DNA of 63,999 bases, counting the filler, from Sphacelaria rigidula (lineage: Eukaryota): assembly GCA_964200075.2 (NCBI GenBank). It is 5 parts of 5 records of this genome, joined end to end, with 100 filler letters (N's around TTAATTAATTAA, not from the genome) between each part and the next. Parts side by side here need not be neighbours in the genome. Positions count along the whole stretch, not along the records: positions 51,353 to 63,999 come from CAXNAA020003537.1; 4 more parts are not named here. One strand, 5' to 3'. Below, one piece after another: positions 51,353-63,999 of this stretch; position 1 is the stretch's first letter, and each line of letters opens with the position of its first letter. Position numbers and translations under genes: made by a program. The notes beneath the pieces were generated by a model. It saw nothing but the letters and a program-made list of their open reading frames with translations, was not told the DNA's origin and did not search any database.

Positions 51353-54077
51353 CCTCCACAAGACCCCGCGCCTTTCCACCCGGCGGGGGGGGGGGGGGGG
51401 GGGGGGGGGGGGTTGTCGTAATAATCAGCCCAAAGTCGGCGGTGCAAACGCCAAGCGAACGTTTCACAGGGATGACCAACGTGCCCCGACCGATATTTCG
51501 ACCAGCTTGCGGGTTAGAGTAGTCAGCGTCAGAAGTATGCAAAACTCATAACTTCTTGGTTTCTCAAAGATTTTTCAAATTTGTTTCGCTTGCCGCCGCT
51601 CATCACAATGACTATTGGATGCCAAAAAATGGAAATCCGGAGATATTTTAATTCTCTCGAAATTTTTTGAAAGAAAAAATATTTGCGATCAATATTGAGT
51701 GACTTACGGGCTTGACCGATCTTCGGGGGTCCTGCGAAAGTGCAACCCCAGGTTCTAGCTTTTCGGTATTTTCGGTGGACCGAATCGATCCCGACTGTAT
51801 AAATGAAGACTCAAAAGTGATTATTGTTTTGAAACTTCACTTATTCACTTCGCTTGAGCCGGAGAACTATGTTTCCTGGACCATTCACATTTATTAACAC
51901 CCTCCTGATAAACGGGGTCTTTGCTCCGTATCGCCCCCACAAGACCAACTTGGGCATTGCGATTTGAGCACGGTCTGTTAATTTTTTCAAAACGTGCGAT
52001 GCTAGCACTTTCGAGTACTCATGGAAAATGTTATGCGAAAAAACCCCGAAAAGAGGCCATCTGCAGAAAATTCTAGACTGAGGTCTGTGCGGTATAGAAG
52101 GGAAACACGATCTCGATCCTTCTTGTGAAGAATTGTGTACATACTCATTCATGTGAATATTTACCGTTTCGTTGCGGAAGAGCCGGTAAATTTTTTTCAC
52201 TGGACCAAAAACGGTCAATAACACCCTCCTGATAAACGGGGTATCTAATCCGTATCGCCTCCAGAACACCAACTTGGGCACTGTCGTTTGAGCGCGGCCA
52301 ACGCTTTCCCCCCTACATCTACCGGTGCTAAAACTTTCAAGTAGTAATGAAGTATAGTAATCGAGAAAAACTCAAAAACTACAACAACTACGAATTCTGA
52401 AGACTTCTGATGCTGACTACTAATATCGAGGGTGTTTGACGATGGGACGGCATGATTGTACAATACACCGAGGGTAGCAAGGTGGGGACTTGTCATACGC
52501 TAAGAGGGTAGGGCGTAGAAGTGCTACTGACCCCTCTCACGTTCCCATGGGTACCGCCATTTCTAAGTCCACAATAATCGAAAATTGCAGGAAAACCCCA
52601 GCTAGCTATACGGTAGATACCACCACCTGGAGGAGACTATTTTCTATTTCCCACACCCTGGACAAGAGAATACACAGCCCAAAATTGTACTGCATACAGT
52701 ATAGACTGTTGCGGCTGTTGCAACAGGCAATAGATTCTATACCGTACGCAGTACATTTTTCGACAATATACTCTCTCGTCCAGGGTGTGCCATCACTCAC
52801 AATGCACCCCCCTCTCCGTCTTCAAATCCAACCCCACCATTTTTTTTACGCGCTTTCACACTAATGTCAAGGTATTGTTTACTATATATTGTGCTGTATT
52901 CGACTCTCAAATAGTTCGGGATTGTCGATTATCGCGGTGATAGCCCCGCAAAAGGCGGAAGGTCGTGGATGGATCTACATGGGCACCACCTACTGACGAT
53001 GCGGTAGGCTCAACGTATCCTACTACAAGAACGACGTACACAATAGCAACTTATCGAGGGAAGAACAAGTTAAGCCAGAGCGAGTCGTCGAATATGCATT
53101 GAAAGTAAAAATATTTCAGCCTGAGGGCGGGGGCAACCAAGAAACAGAAGGACCAGGGCGGCCGCGCAACGTCCTGTCTAGAATTTAGTGCAGTAAGTAA
53201 GTTGAACATGTCACACCCTGAGAACAGGTATGGCTTCCGTCCAAGAACGACAGCAAACGGCCGTCAAACTTAGCAAATGTCGACCAGTTATTCACAGGCA
53301 AATCACTGAAACACCCATGTAACTCTTACTACGGTCTCTGCACAGATATATACATGGGTCGCGGGTCACCGCAGATGGGTAGACGAGACAGACAGCAAGG
53401 ATGACGGATGTATCATCTGTTGCCATGGACATCGAGAACTGACGGCCCGTCAATCTCCCCGCCTTTTGATTTTAACGATTTCTTTTCCAAGAAACAAGAC
53501 AATTTGTTCCCATCCCCTCCCACTATTAATGCATATGCTTACCTCACAGTCAGTGGGATTTGCGGTCTTTGTTCGGGCCATTGTGCAGCCTCGCCACGAC
53601 CTTCGGACAGGACAGCAAGATACACGCTCCGGTACTTTCTCTTCGTTTTGCGTCATCACACTAGATTGAATGACATGTAAATCCCGTTCGCCACAAGCCG
53701 AATTTAGATTGGTACAGTGATACTTTCATCAAGTTGCCAAATGCACACGATTACTCTATCTTATTTATATTGGAATAATTAGATCATTTCTTTCGAGGGC
53801 TTAACAGTCCAGTATCTACATCATATAGCATCCTATTGGCATAACGTGTCTCGTAAGCCAACTCTTCGGACGTGCTGTACCGCATTGAGTATTGTCATGC
53901 ACTTGTTGCAGATTTATGCCCAAATGCGGTGCAATTCGATGCAGGCTGCCAATCCTACAGCACGCTGACCTCTTCCTGATGGCGCTAGAAGCCTCGGCAA
54001 GAGGATCGGCGTTCATTAATAACCCTATTAAGCTATGTCAGCATCGACAGACCTCTCTACTAGCGCACAGGAACGCA

Positions 54078-57000
54078 ATGTTATGCACCTCCTACTCTGC
54101 AGAATCAAGCGCAGACCTGCGGCCACGCATCCCACCCTCGACATATGTTGCACCAGCTGGCCTAAAGCGGCGCCGGCGTCGAGGGCAATCATGCGTAGAA
54201 AGCGACCTCGGGAATGAGAGCAATCTCTACCCCCTTTCAGTCCCCACCACATCAGCAACGATGCGCTGGGAGGGATGTCTGGCAAGCACTTTCGCCCCTG
54301 CTGGCATAGCCCCGATTGTCCGCCGAAACCGCAGACATCATATTCTCCCCAGGGCAATGGAAGGGGTCGTGCCCGGTGTGCTGCCGTTGAGGTCGGCACG
54401 AACACCCTACAGCACCACCGCGGTTGGCAAAAGCGGTAGACAACACAAGGTAACCCATGTTATAGTGAGCGGGAATGGAAGCAACAGCAATAACGGGACC
54501 CGAAGCGTTTCCGACGGTGGCAGGCTTAGTGGTCGTGATGGCGCTGAGAACAAGAAGCACCACCACAAGAGGAAGAACGCAAGTGATACCAAGAGGGCTC
54601 AAAAGGAGTACATGCGTCGGATACAAGAGGTTGGGCTCGGAGGGCGATGGCGAGAGGTGCAGGCCCTGCTAGACGAAATGAGAGCGGCGGGGGTGCCACT
54701 GAATATCATAGTGTACAACGCTGCTATCTCGGCACTGGCGCGCTGTCGAAAGCCCGCGGATGCCGAGGGACTACTAGATGAGATGCTGGACAAGGATAAC
54801 CTGGCACCCGACACGATATCGTACAACTCGGCAATCAATGCGCACGCTCGCATGGGGGACCTCGCAGCCGCAAGTCGTGTGCTGGAGCTCATGCGCAGCC
54901 GTTCCGTGCAGCCTGACGTGTTTACGTTCAACACACTGGCGGATGCGGCAGCGAAGAAGGCAGATCCGGTCGCGGCCACCAAGGTACTGTGCATCACACT
55001 ATATTTCCGTGTTTTATCGACCAATGAACGTGACTGTGGTTAATAATCGAGTTTTTCGAGCGCGTAAAATAACAAATGATGCGCAAGCGTATCAGAAGCA
55101 AAAACAAGATAAAATGATCCTGATAGTTTCCCCTCAGTAATACGAGTACTCAGGGGGGCGCGCGTGGGGGTGATATTCAAATCACTGTGCTCAGCTTTCT
55201 TTCGATAACCAGGTCAATTTCGTGAGCTCAGAGTTGGGTTCTAGGCGCGGTATTTTACTGTGACGAAACGAACAGTCATATCCGTGTTGCCACGATCTAG
55301 GTAACATCTGAGCTGCTGGTAGTTTATACGCGCCAGATGATCTACGACGGGGCGTGACAGGTTTTTGCGGAGACGTGGGGTGCCGCGTGGATAGTGCTGT
55401 TGTCCTGTAGATTATCTGTTGGACCGCTTTCTTCTGGACGGCGTCGGAATGGTTCGTTGCGTCATGTCGTTGTCGAGTACTGCCCTCCTGTTTGACATAT
55501 TATCGCAGGCTTTTTGCGTCGAATTGATGTTTTGCTGTCTTACCAGCCCACGGATTATGTGGGGGTAAGGCGGGCTCCTTTGCCTCTGTGCACTTGTCTA
55601 GACCAATCATTTTCTCCAACTATGTATCATGACTCGTCAACTTATATCTGAAATACATGATTGTTTGCGCTCCCGTTCCCCCAGCCAACGACTCCTTCTA
55701 ATTTCAGATGTGATGTTTGCAGCTACCCTGATGTCATTTATTTTTCTCAGCTCCACGCACATGGAAACGCAAAACATGCAGAAGATTTATCAAACCCCTC
55801 CTTCTCCACCCTGTGCCGCACCTCCGGGAAACCTCAGATTCTGCGTATCATGGCAGAGGAAGGAGTTACACCTGAAATAATCACGTATAATTCGTGTCTG
55901 AATGCCTGCGCTAAGAAGGGTGACCTGCGGCGGGCCACCGCGCTGTTAGGGCTCATGAGGGAAGATGGCCTCGATCCGGATCAGCGGAGCTATGCCGCCA
56001 TCATATCCTCAGCTGGAAGGTGTGAGAGTATGATACCAAAGAGTTCAACCCGTTTTCCGCCCTAGTGCCTGCTGGCTCTCGACCTGAGGAATCTCGATGA
56101 TTCATCTTGCTCAAGCATTGTAAGCCTTTGAATCAGGGTTTGTAAGGTGATCGCAAACGAAGTCCATCTACAAGTCTACCGAAAGTTGATTCTCGCGGCT
56201 CGCAAGTGGCCTGGTCAGGCGAATGTCGCCACTGTGGTGCAATACCATGTCAAAACATTGTCAATTTACCCGATAACCCTATTCATTGAACGAAGTTGCT
56301 AACGGGCATTTGATTCCCCCCAAATCCGAAGCCCAAGAGCACATCCGCGTTTTCACGCACCATGCCGACGATGCCGACTTTTTTTTTCTGCACATGCTGT
56401 TTCTACTGGCTACGGACCCTTGTGCTGTACCGCTTTCCATCAAAACGTGCCGAGCAACGCTCCCACTCCGTCTGGATCATAGGTGACATGGCGTCTTCGA
56501 GGACGGAGAACAAAGGTCCAAATAGTTTCCAGGGATTGAACACCTTCTAGTTTATTGCGTACATTCATTTTAAGAGACTTGTTCTCGGGATTGGTATGCG
56601 TTCGGCCGGTCGTTGATGTGTTACACTGGGCAGGTGTGGGCAATGGAAAAGGGTGCCGGATCTGTTGGCGGAAATGAGGGATGCAGGACTGAGGCCAGAC
56701 CGCGTTACGTTCAATACTGCCATCGCTGCGTTGGGCACGGGCGGACAATGGCAGCTGGCAACCCTCATGCTTGACGAAATGAACGCGGCGGGGTTGCCTC
56801 CTGACACGGTTGAGTGCCATCTCCATTTTCCTGTAGTTTTGGGTTCAGCGAAGTACTGAAGATCAAACGCCGCCACATATGTTGCGATTAGTCACGGGAA
56901 CCAGCTTCAAGGAATGGAAGTTGTCAGCGAAGGTGTCGCGAGATAGCATGCTCTGTGTACCGACGTAACGGAAAACATGTGATTGTGGGGATGACCCATG

Positions 57001-60000
57001 GAAGGAAAATTCTCACGTGCATTTTCAGGACACGAAACACTCTTATCACTGTGAAATCGTGGGTAGAACCGTCTGATCATGTACTCAGAAGGTCGTTGGT
57101 TCGAATCCGGCGTTCGATCACCGCGAAGAATAGTTACTCACCAAAGTGAAGCGGGCAGAAAAAATGGCGGGAACTTAATATAACGTCAGTACCGTGCCGT
57201 TGCAGTTCAACGATGTTTTGAGTAGAAGGTGGAGATGAGAGCCCTCGCGCTGGAAGACCTTAGAGTATCAACGCGGAGGAGTAGGTAGTCCTCACCGCTG
57301 GCCGGCGACACAGCCCACCCTTGGAGTCCTTTCGCTACAACACCAAAGGGACGTATGAAGCGGGTGTTGTCAAAGTTTCCTATCTTCGGGGACAACTCCT
57401 GCAAGCGTCTCTAATGGTTCTGCCTCATTGGTACTGTGCAGCAGTGGTGCCCGGCCGTTTCAACTTTGGTTTTGTCTATCGGCCCGGCTGTCTGGCCGCT
57501 TGTCTGTCTTTCTCCCACTTGGAAGGTGAACTACACTGCCGCGCTTGTGGCTTGTGGGCACGCGGGCAAATGGGAGCTGTCCCTCCGTTTGCTGAAAGAT
57601 ATGGATGCGGCGGGAGTTACCCCAAACGCGCATAGTTACTCCGCCGCCAGTGAGTCGAAACCGTCTCATCACGCGGTCTCTCCGATGAAATAGATTAGGG
57701 GTAAAGTCACGTGGGAATCCACGAAACCGCAGTAAAAATTGTAACGTATCTTGAACGTACAAATCGTTTCTATCGACAAATTTAAAGCGGGTAAGTATTT
57801 TTTAATTCGGCGGTGCGCCCTTCGGTGGTCGGGTTGTGGCAGGTGCGAAATATATGAGGAACTGAATACCCTGAGTTCGCTGTTGTTGTGTGGTCAGCTG
57901 GTCAGCTGCCGACAATTGACCCCTTCCACGTATTTTTGGTATCCTCAAGTAGTAGTTTCATGTTTACAGAAACAAAATATACCGTCATGTACTCTGGTAG
58001 TTTTGAACAACCAAAACCCGGACGTACTGCTCTTGTTTTTTGCCAAATGGAAAACAGTGGACGCCTGCAGCAAGGCGGGCCAACAAGAGCGGGCTTTGAG
58101 CTTACTGGCCGAAATGCAAGAACGAGGCGGCTTGATGCCGGACACGGTCGCTTACAATTCCGCCATCGATGCTTGCTCCGTGACCGGCGACTGGTCCACG
58201 GCGTTGCGACTCCTGAGCGAAATGAAGGAGGGCACCGGAGGTGAGTTTTCATAGATCAAAATGCATTGCGCGGGGCGGGGGCAGGGGACAAGATGAGCAT
58301 GACCTGAAAGGCTTGATCGAGCTGTTTCATGTACGAGTTGCATGTGATGCAAAGACAAAATCAGTATCTTCGTCACTGTAAAAGAAAAGAGAAAAAGAGG
58401 ATGAGGCAGGAGGAGGGGTGGGTACTGTCGATTTTGCGCGCTTGGCAGTTTCGAGCGTTGGCCGCACGTCCTCGAGATGATTCCCTGGTGAGGAAAGTGA
58501 CGCACGTTTCTCGATGGGTGGTTTTCAGGGTTGTAGCAAACTCTCCCCTTGTTTCGGCAGGGGTTAGACCACGACCCTCACAATACAATCTTGAGGATAT
58601 AGGCGGATTGTTGCTTGAGGATACAGACACATTGTTGCTGCGAAATGCTTCGTATAGTTGCGAGGTATTCTGCAGCACATTTGAAAACAAGGCGCTACAT
58701 TGTCGCCCCAGCCCCCTTGCCCCCTGCCCGCCCCACCGTTACACCTCCGCGCTGGGGAAGAGTTGTTCTGCATTCCCACCGTCCTATGATTCCGTCTAAA
58801 TTACTCGATATGTACTGTTTCGTGTCAAACTTTGTTCTACAAGACCATGAACGACCACTTGGTCTCCCTTGACTTGTGGACCGCTCCGGCAGCATCATCA
58901 CAAGCGGAACGCCCCCTACGTACATGTCAATGTTTCGATACACACGAAAACGAATACCGTCACCATCACGAACGACATGACACACCAAACCGACAGGTGC
59001 GGCCGACGCTCCCCCGGACGTGGTGAGCTACGGCGGGGCCATCACAGCGTGCGCGCGCGCGGGCCGGGTGAACGAGGCGTTGCGGTTAGTGGCAGAGCTG
59101 CGTTCAAATGAGGCGCAAGCTGCAGAGGCGGCGGTGCGGGGGACCCCGCTCACACGAGATGTGTCAAATGTGCGGGATCATAAGCCAAGCATGCAGAAAA
59201 AAAATGGGTCGAGTATGCGTAGTAATGTGTCAAACATGCGGGAGGATAGCGCGGACAGCGGGGCAACAACAACAGGCGGCGTAAAGAGTCCGGGCAAAGC
59301 GTTGGGGAGAATACAAAGCAACGTGCGAAGCAGCGGGGAATCTAGAAGAAGCGGGACGTTTCCACTTCCACTACCGAACTTGGTCACGTATTCGGCGGCA
59401 CTTTTTGCGTGTCTGAAAGTCGGGGACGTGCATCGTGGGACAGAGCTTTTGGACGAGATGATTGCTGCCGGTATCAAGCCGAACAGAATCCACTGTGATA
59501 CTTTAATTGCGGCGTGGTCGGCGGCTGGAGAGCCGGAGCGCGCAATTTCTGTCATGCGGCGGCTGCAGGAGCACAATGGGTTCGAGCCGTCACTGGCCAC
59601 GTTCGAGGCTATCGTGTGGGGCCACGCTCAGGTGTGTATGGACAGGGGTATGGGGAGAAGTGACGAACGCGGTGTAGAAAATAGTTTGGGAAACTCGTCA
59701 TTTGTTTTTGTCCTTTTCCGTGATGCATATGTAACCAAGAAGTGCTTCAAAGCAGTAATGCTTCGTGGCGTTTATTGGGTAATGGGGGCAAAAACGAACT
59801 CGGTAAGGTGTTGCTATCGGATTGACAGTTCGAAATGGGTTTGTGGTTGTTCCAGTGCCCTGCATACAAACAAAATGTATTGCCCGATTTCGGTGATGGT
59901 TTGTGAAGACCTGTTCACATTGAACATCTCAATTTCCCGACTTTCCGCTTTTCCCGTTACGTTAGAGCGGGGAGGATGAAGGCTGGTTCTTTCGATTTCA

Positions 60001-62316
60001 AACATACACTATCCAAACATGATCAGGATCAGGAAAAGTATCGTTTTTTTGAAATGTTTCTTGGATCTGCAAAGCCTGACTTCATTTTCGACCCCGACCG
60101 TAGGTGATGAAAACAGAAATTCGGAAATGCGATGATGTCATGGGGGTTCGAGGCCCTGCCCGGAATAATAGTTTTGTTGGTAATTCCAGTGTCTTTCGTA
60201 GCAGGTGAATGATTTGCTAACCAGCTGGTGCAGCAATGCTCTTCACGGCGGCGTATTTTGGGTCTAGGGCACGCGATACAATCCGAAAATATTCCCACGC
60301 ACAACCCCCTGCCCTCATGATGGTCAAACGCCACATACCCCGCGCTGATAGCATAATGTGTACCAACACGACATGATTCCGTCTGTTCAGTTGCTGATAG
60401 GCGGAAGTGCTGACAAGCAATGCGTAGTCAAGTTCACTTCGATAGCGAGGGCTCGTTTCTTGTCTGTGACACTCACGAGTTGACGTCCTGACCCCCGACA
60501 ATGGGTGCATCCTGACCCCCCTTCCCCTTGCTCCCCTGTCTGGGGACAATGTGTGGAATAATGCGTATATCATGAAAACAGGTCGCTGACTGGGAGTCGG
60601 CGGTGCGTCTTCTAGCGTACATTCTCCACCGCGGTTTGAAGCCTAGCACGCGTTCATGGGATGCCGCAATTGCTGCGGTAAGCGACATTCGTACTTTGCG
60701 TCGATGACGGTCCTTACACCCCGATTCTGTGTCGTTTTTTCTCCGCATCCTGGGTATACAGCGTCTGTCTCATCATTTCTTCGTGGTGTTGTACCTCGCG
60801 TACCAGAGAGTGGTGGATTGTTTTGCAGTACTCAAGTACTCCGTGACAACCTCAGCCTTCGCCCCCACGTGCCTCCCCCCTACGGTACCATACAATCTAC
60901 CCGCCTCTTGTGTTTGCGACATGCAAGTGCTCTCAAGCGGGACACTGGGAGCGTGCGCTTGCCCTCCTCGCCGACATGCGGAGACAAGGCGTGTTCCCTA
61001 GTAGGGTGACCTACACGGCCGCAGTCGCCGGACTCAACCGACCGCGCTATGCGGAATGGGGTCCCAAGCTCGAGAAGCTCGCGAGGCTGCTGCAAAACAG
61101 GGCTGACGCCTCCTATGAAGCGTGGCGATCTCGGGGGGGGGGGGGAGACGGAGACGAAAAACGTGAACGTAAAACCGTAAAGGACGGTTTTGCTGGGGAA
61201 AATGTAAGAAGGGCAACAAGGGCAACGAGGATCAGTGGACCGGCGGGAAAGGGGACCAATGCTGTGGAGGATGATACGCTGAACGATTCCCCGAACGGCA
61301 CGCGGAACGTCGTCGGCGACGGCCCGTCAATAGAGGACTTTGATGGGTCGATAGAGGCTCTCGGAAATGCGGGACAAGCGAACGGCGCCGCGTGTTTGTT
61401 GCGAGTCATGCGGCGGGAGGGCTTCCATGCGTCCCCAAGGGCATACCGGTCGGTTATCTACGCTTGCGCTAGAGTCGGCCTCCTGAGCGAAGCCGTTGCC
61501 TTGGCAAAAGAGATGGACGCGGAGAATCACATATTAGATCAAAATAGCCGGTCTCGACAATCGCCGCCGCAGTCAGGGTCGAATACTGCCGTCACTACCG
61601 AACGAGCACCAGATCTTGACGCCTCCGTGAGAGACGTGGACGGCGTGTCTGCTGGGGAAGTAAGCAAAAGCGGGAGTGTCGGGGTAGTCGCAGGTGTTGA
61701 CACCGGCGGCGGGGCGGACCAAGCACGTACAATTGGCGGTGATGCTGCATTGGGGGCAGTCGGCGAACACGAGAGTGCCTTTGCGGCGGCATCGGTATCA
61801 ACCGTAAGAACGGACAGGGATGTGGAGATCGACAAGGAGGTGGACGTCAAGATCGGCGATATTCGTGTGAGAGGAGATTCTGGGACAAGTATTGCGACGG
61901 CGACGGCGACGGCGACAGATCTGAATCATCATGGATCCGCGGCCGAAGATGATGGAGAGTACGATTTACTCGTAGTGTACAATTGTATTGTGTGCAACTT
62001 CGCCAGCGCGGCGGCCAGCGGTGCACTCGACGAAGCTAGGGGTGCGGATTCCGGTTGCAACGATGGCGTCGGCACAGAGCAAAATGTGGACGCCTTTGGC
62101 TTTGGCGTTGGCGTTGGCGGTGACGAAAGCCATCGGGGGAAGGTTGATGAGGCAGAAATTTTCCCCTTGTTGATGGGTGTTACGGAAAGGGCGGAAGGGG
62201 CGCTGGAGAATGAGGCCGCCAGCGGCGGCGTGGTGGTTGCGGAGAAGTTGGAGTCTCTTCCGGCGGCGGCGTCTGCGGGGATGGAGAACTTGCTGTTTGC
62301 TGCCGTCGACTTATGA
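54078..62316 (+). CDS. P-class pentatricopeptide repeat (PPR) protein, 8 exons, about 17-18 repeats; start codon uncertain
   Basis: Exons: start (ATG candidates 53916, 53979, 54078, 54261) to 54983, then 55838-56019, 56634-56808, 57526-57649, 58058-58240, 58997-59631, 60582-60677 and 60928-62316. All introns are GT-AG and phase-compatible. Canonical motifs include PDTISYNSAINAHARMGD and PDRVTFNTAIAALGTGGQWQLA. Confidence 0.93.
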
Positions 62317-63999
62317 GCTGTGTGCAGTACGGTACTAACAGTATTGTTGCCCCCCCCCGTCTTCCCGTCTTCCGTGAACAGACAGTACACTGCTCACCAA
62401 CTCAGGCATTCAGTAGCGGAGACATGACAAAAAGCAAAGCCGAACAGTGCTGTAAACCGCCGAAAGAGATGAGCAGTGTGGCGAGAGGAGAGCAACAGCA
62501 GCTTCTATCCTGAAGTATAAATAAGCACGACAGACCGACTACCTCCATCTCAACAAGCTTACTGCGTATTCCAAAGTTCCGTAGGAGATTAAGTCTTCGC
62601 CAGCGGAAAAAATGTGCTTCTTTCTGCTGATGTGGGTCCCTCATGATGAATTGAGTCTCGAAAGCTACAAACATATCTAGACCTTCGGGTCGCTCAAACA
62701 TGCCTCACGACATACCATCGGAAATGAGGAGTTTTGCACCTGGACAAAAGCACAAGAAGAAAAACATCGGCCGGATCACGGAAATACCCAACGTTTTTTT
62801 TTCTTCACGTAGGACCCCCGAATTTCGGTAACCGGAAACTCAAATTTGTACAGCGTGTAGCAGTTGTCAACAGCTACCAGCAGATGAATGGGTGGAACCA
62901 TATCTCAAAGAATTGGTGTAGATGTGAAGATGTTAATCCCCCGGATTTTCATCCTCAATGAAAAGCTCCACCCTCAAAGTGGATGATCGACTGTTAGTTG
63001 GTCGTTTTTGCAAAGCTATTCCGGGGAAAATGTGTATTTTCGGAACGTGGGCTCAGTCTATTCGGAAATTTAATCCCTTTTTCCAGGATCCTCGTTATTA
63101 GTCCAGCAGCTCAGGCAATCCCAGCATAGACCAAATCGTCTTAGCAAGGTCCCGACACACTGCAGTACAGGGACAGCAGCAAAAGCGCATGGAAGAGAGC
63201 GTGAGTGTGTCTGTGCTGCACTACAGTAAAGCATGACTCGTCCCATTGCTGAGTCCTTTCCCCGATTTTGAGCAGCTCCATTTGGGTGGGGCGTTCGAAA
63301 TGGGGTACTCATTTTGAGTAGGGAGTCGCCGTCTGATCAAAATTTAAAATCGTGCGAGTCGCTTTTGTTCAAAAGCGCCACGAATTTTGTCTCACAAGAT
63401 GCAGGTCTTCACATTTCGTCCCAAGTCGGGTGCGATTCAGCAGGTCCTGAACGAGTCCCAGAAGAGTTTTCGATTTCATTTCTTTCTACAGCGGAAGAGC
63501 AAAGACCAGGTGCAGCTCGGGAACAGCAACGCCGACGGAACCCGTCGGTTAATGTGGCTTCATATATAAGGCTATATCTTGCGGCAATACTTGTTCTCCT
63601 GTATCTTGTTGCATGGGGGACAGTCATCCGACAGCATTTTCGATTTCAAAATAGCAAAATGATATTGGCACCACCTACCTTGAACACGACGATACGCACT
63701 ATCGCCTCACTGAGATGAGTCGCGTCAACTCTTTTTTTCCGAATTAGTTCAAGGAGGGTTAGAGGTTTCGAAAACGGATACTTGCCTAACTCCAATAATG
63801 AATGAAACGCGACGGCGATCTGGAGGCAGTGTAGAAATTTAGCAAAGCACATCAATGCGTACATCTCCACGTTCGTTCACCGGAATATTGTTCACTTGAA
63901 ACTTCCTATAACAGTGTTTCCGTGAGATTGAGAGTAGATACGATTGAGAGTGGCTTTGATCATTCGCTTCAACTGAGTCATTTTTTTATTCCACGTGTG

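Noticed and set aside
57055..57125. tRNA-like sequence (TCTGA/TCAGA stem and GGTTCGAATCC) in a PPR intron
   Set aside because: It lacks a proper acceptor stem and A box and has an 8-nt loop. At best it is a degenerate SINE head or tRNA pseudogene.

Overview
Eukaryotic, intron-rich nuclear DNA. The gene style (GT-AG introns of about 0.3-2.4 kb, bipartite plastid-type leader, CCCTAA telomere-type repeats, PPR gene) suggests a brown alga or related stramenopile; this is inference. The window is not contiguous. Four identical 100-nt spacers (N44-TTAATTAATTAA-N44) at about 12.84 kb intervals join five segments of about 12.7 kb. Segment 1 holds exon 1 of a Cys-type glutathione peroxidase, a cluster of TTAA-flanked piggyBac-like MITEs, a tRNA-derived SINE, and a complete 6-exon gene for a secreted, acidic, Cys-rich protein made of two tandem Ig-like repeats. 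Segment 2 holds a Sec23/Sec24-like gene head-to-head (153 bp apart) with a probably plastid-targeted gene whose core resembles the cyanobacterial carboxysome chaperone CcmS; an unknown antisense multi-exon gene lies in or just beyond its third intron. Segment 3 holds many MITEs, a foldback element and a probable unknown minus-strand multi-exon gene. Segment 4 holds a decayed DIRS/Ngaro-type tyrosine-recombinase retrotransposon with a 27-bp tandem array, plus the last two exons of a nuclear-type protein. Segment 5 holds an 8-exon PPR gene. All homology calls are by eye; no searches were run.
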